From a virus (Duplodnaviria; Heunggongvirae; Uroviricota; Caudoviricetes): DNA of 64,000 nt. The notes under the pieces were generated by a model. The model saw only the letters and a list, made by a program, of their open reading frames with translations. It was not told where the DNA came from and ran no database searches. The translations under genes and the position numbers were made by a program. The stretch is taken from IMG/VR virus record IMGVR_UViG_3300037455_000372, positions 203,710 through 267,709 of that record. One strand, written 5' to 3'. Positions within the stretch are counted from its first letter, which is position 1, and the number at the start of each line of letters is the position of its first letter. Positions 62,127 to 64,000 of the stretch are shown one piece after another.

Positions 62127-62906
62127 CTAGTAGTTTCTTCCAGAACAGAAGATCTTGTAGTTCTCGCCAGCAGCGGCGGCGTAGCTTGCCCAGTTTCCCG
62201 TCTTGATGAGGGTCTTGAGCGTCACGTTGATGTTCTTGCTGTCCGTCTCGATGATGGACATACCGAACTCGTTACGTTCGCTCTTTTCCGACACTACGCA
62301 GCAGTTGTTAATTACCGGCGTGAACATCCTCACTTGCTCCTGTCTCATTACCCCATCGAAGGCGTGGAGGTTGAGGATAATCTTCGACCTCTGGATATAG
62401 TTAACCAGGTCTTGGCCACGAATACCAGTCGCGATGACAGTCTTGGCGTGGTACTGGCTCATTCCCATCCAAGCTTGGAGAAGCTTCATCCGTCTGTCAG
62501 TCGGCGCACCGTAGAATAGGACATCGATATCCTTTTCTTCCGGAGCCTTGGTCTCGTACATCACTGCGGTCGTGTATTCGAGAGGAACATACTTCGCACG
62601 CAGCCCGAACGAGCCTAGGTACCTGATGTTGTCCAAGTCGTAGTCCCATATTTCGTCGGCCTGTTTTAGCCAGTCGAAGGTGAACTGGTTAGCCCAAACG
62701 CTTCCCGGAAACAGCTGTTCAAGGTTGTAGACGATCACCCTGCAGCCCGGTCTCGTGGCGCGGTACTGCTGGGGGAGCATCTTGGAAGCAGCCGAGCCGA
62801 GCACGACGCAGCTGTTGTCCATTTCCTTCACGTTGGCGTACTTGTTGCATAGCCACTGCTTGACTTCCGTGAAGACGTAGTCGTTGAACGAATCTACCGT
62901 AATCAT
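62127..62906 (-). CDS. Glycosyltransferase-like protein (CgeB/GT-B C-terminal type)
   Basis: YNLEQ, IWDY..N, DIDVLFYG..RR, SKIILNLH, EQVR and VVSE. Confidence 0.7.
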   Translation of the reverse strand: MITVDSFNDYVFTEVKQWLCNKYANVKEMDNSCVVLGSAASKMLPQQYRATRPGCRVIVYNLEQLFPGSVWANQFTFDWLKQADEIWDYDLDNIRYLGSFGLRAKYVPLEYTTAVMYETKAPEEKDIDVLFYGAPTDRRMKLLQAWMGMSQYHAKTVIATGIRGQDLVNYIQRSKIILNLHAFDGVMRQEQVRMFTPVINNCCVVSEKSERNEFGMSIIETDSKNINVTLKTLIKTGNWASYAAAAGENYKIFCSGRNY

Positions 62907-64000
62907 TTCTGGACATCCGATAGGTTGACAGCGACCTTGGCGACGACTCGTTCGCCATCGGTGATGAACACGTTCGACTCAGCCGGATAGTAGGCGTGGA
63001 GAACGGTGGTGGCGAATTCGTCGGGACCGACGACACTGGGGTTGATGTACACCTTGGTCATATTGCCGTCCTCGCGAGCGTCGATTGCGCCTTCCGCGCC
63101 AACGTGCCAGTGACCCATAATGGAGACATCGGCGTGGTTGTGGCGGAGGTCGGTACCGATTTTGCGGAGAACGGTGTTTATAGCACCGGCGGCGGCTTGT
63201 GAGCCGTTATAGCGGTCGCCGTGCTCCAGCATCCAACGCTGGTTGCCAATCTGCGTGATAAGGACGGTAGCCTCGTCGTCGAACTCGACCTTGATGTTCT
63301 TCGCTTCGGCTTCGCAACGGTCCTTGATGGTGCTGTAGATGATGTGCTCGTAGTTGTCTTGGCTGCGGTTCTTGCTCTGGAGCTTCTTTCCGGTGCGAGA
63401 ATGGTTACCGACAACACACGAGATAATCACCCGCTTGTACAGCTTGGCATATTCAAGAATGAGACCGATAAGGTACGAGTTGAGGCAGCTGACGCACTTC
63501 GGAGCCGTGTATGCGTTGGTTTCCCTCAATTCGTCGTGGATTTCGCCGGATATTAAGTCACCGAGCATAAGGATATGCAGCTCGTCGCAACCGTAGAGCG
63601 TGGCGAACTTGTAGTTCTCCTCGAACAGCTTGGCGAGACGGTGTTCGGCGATTTCCGGGTTGTACTTGTTGAATCCGAAGCTGATCTGGGGCTGTACAAC
63701 CTCGCCGTAGTGAAGGTCGGAGATGGGAAGCACGTTGTAGAACTTTCCGCCGGACTTACCGGCGTTGACCACCTTGATATTCACTTGGGCTGGCTTGACC
63801 GTCGCTGCAGCGGCGGCCATACGGTTTGCCTTCTGCTTGCCGATGAAAGCTTCAGCTTCGAGCTTCGTCGCACGGCGTTCCGCCTTCTTCAGCTCGCGCT
63901 TGTAGTAAGAAGCCGCGCCACGTTCCTCTTCCTCGGTGTAGTCGAACATCGGGTCCGGTTCGAGCGCGATTTCCTCCATTTCGGGCGGTTCGTCTTGCGG
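62903..64000 (-). CDS. Calcineurin-like metallophosphoesterase (5' end probably outside the window)
   Basis: SDLHYG, LGDLISG, VGNH, EHGD and MGHWH; the frame stays open to the window edge. Confidence 0.85.
   Translation of the reverse strand, partial: PQDEPPEMEEIALEPDPMFDYTEEEERGAASYYKRELKKAERRATKLEAEAFIGKQKANRMAAAAATVKPAQVNIKVVNAGKSGGKFYNVLPISDLHYGEVVQPQISFGFNKYNPEIAEHRLAKLFEENYKFATLYGCDELHILMLGDLISGEIHDELRETNAYTAPKCVSCLNSYLIGLILEYAKLYKRVIISCVVGNHSRTGKKLQSKNRSQDNYEHIIYSTIKDRCEAEAKNIKVEFDDEATVLITQIGNQRWMLEHGDRYNGSQAAAGAINTVLRKIGTDLRHNHADVSIMGHWHVGAEGAIDAREDGNMTKVYINPSVVGPDEFATTVLHAYYPAESNVFITDGERVVAKVAVNLSDVQK

Noticed and set aside
1-64000. Many long antisense and alternate-frame ORFs (e.g. 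158..889-, 25637..26833+, 30352..31818-, 41714..43117-)
   Set aside because: They shadow well-supported genes, have no motifs or RBS, and are expected from the codon bias.
1-64000. Stop-codon reassignment as in some large gut phages
   Set aside because: Conserved genes are intact under the standard code, and TAG, TGA and TAA all end genes at sensible positions.
1-64000. CRISPR array, tRNA or rRNA genes
   Set aside because: No repeat-spacer arrays or cloverleaf structures were seen in the short intergenic spaces (inspection by eye only).

Overview
A gene-dense segment of a large (jumbo-type) T4-like myovirus genome, read in the standard genetic code. It carries T4-like morphogenesis genes (gp16-like, gp17 terminase, gp26/gp48/gp53/gp27/gp5/gp54/gp3/gp4-like, tape-measure-like), two convergent tail-fibre/receptor-binding clusters, and recombination and nucleotide genes (gp47-like nuclease, Dda helicase, nrdD/nrdG). 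Host-takeover genes include a sigma70-family factor, IF-1, an IF-3 with a duplicated N-domain, Hsp20, PhoH, two HD hydrolases, a nucleoside hydrolase, a C5 methyltransferase and glycosyltransferases. Two mobile nucleases are present: a PD-(D/E)XK endonuclease between nrdD and nrdG, and a tnpB-only IS200/IS605 element. The strongest non-coding signal is the motif TATAAACT, with 14 exact copies upstream of genes and oriented with them, probably a phage late promoter. The TnpB element sits inside one copy: its inferred TAM (TTTAT) lies within the motif, removing it restores a perfect 13-bp inverted repeat of two divergent promoters, and tnpB has its own copy of the motif. Other signals are candidate leaderless transcripts, RBS-sequestering RNA structures, a candidate +1 frameshift, a shared N-terminal leader on late genes, and apparent CATG/CCWGG avoidance. 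Fib_succ_major domains and nrdD suggest an anaerobic gut or rumen host such as Fibrobacter (inference). All homology calls were made by eye from motifs; no database search was run.
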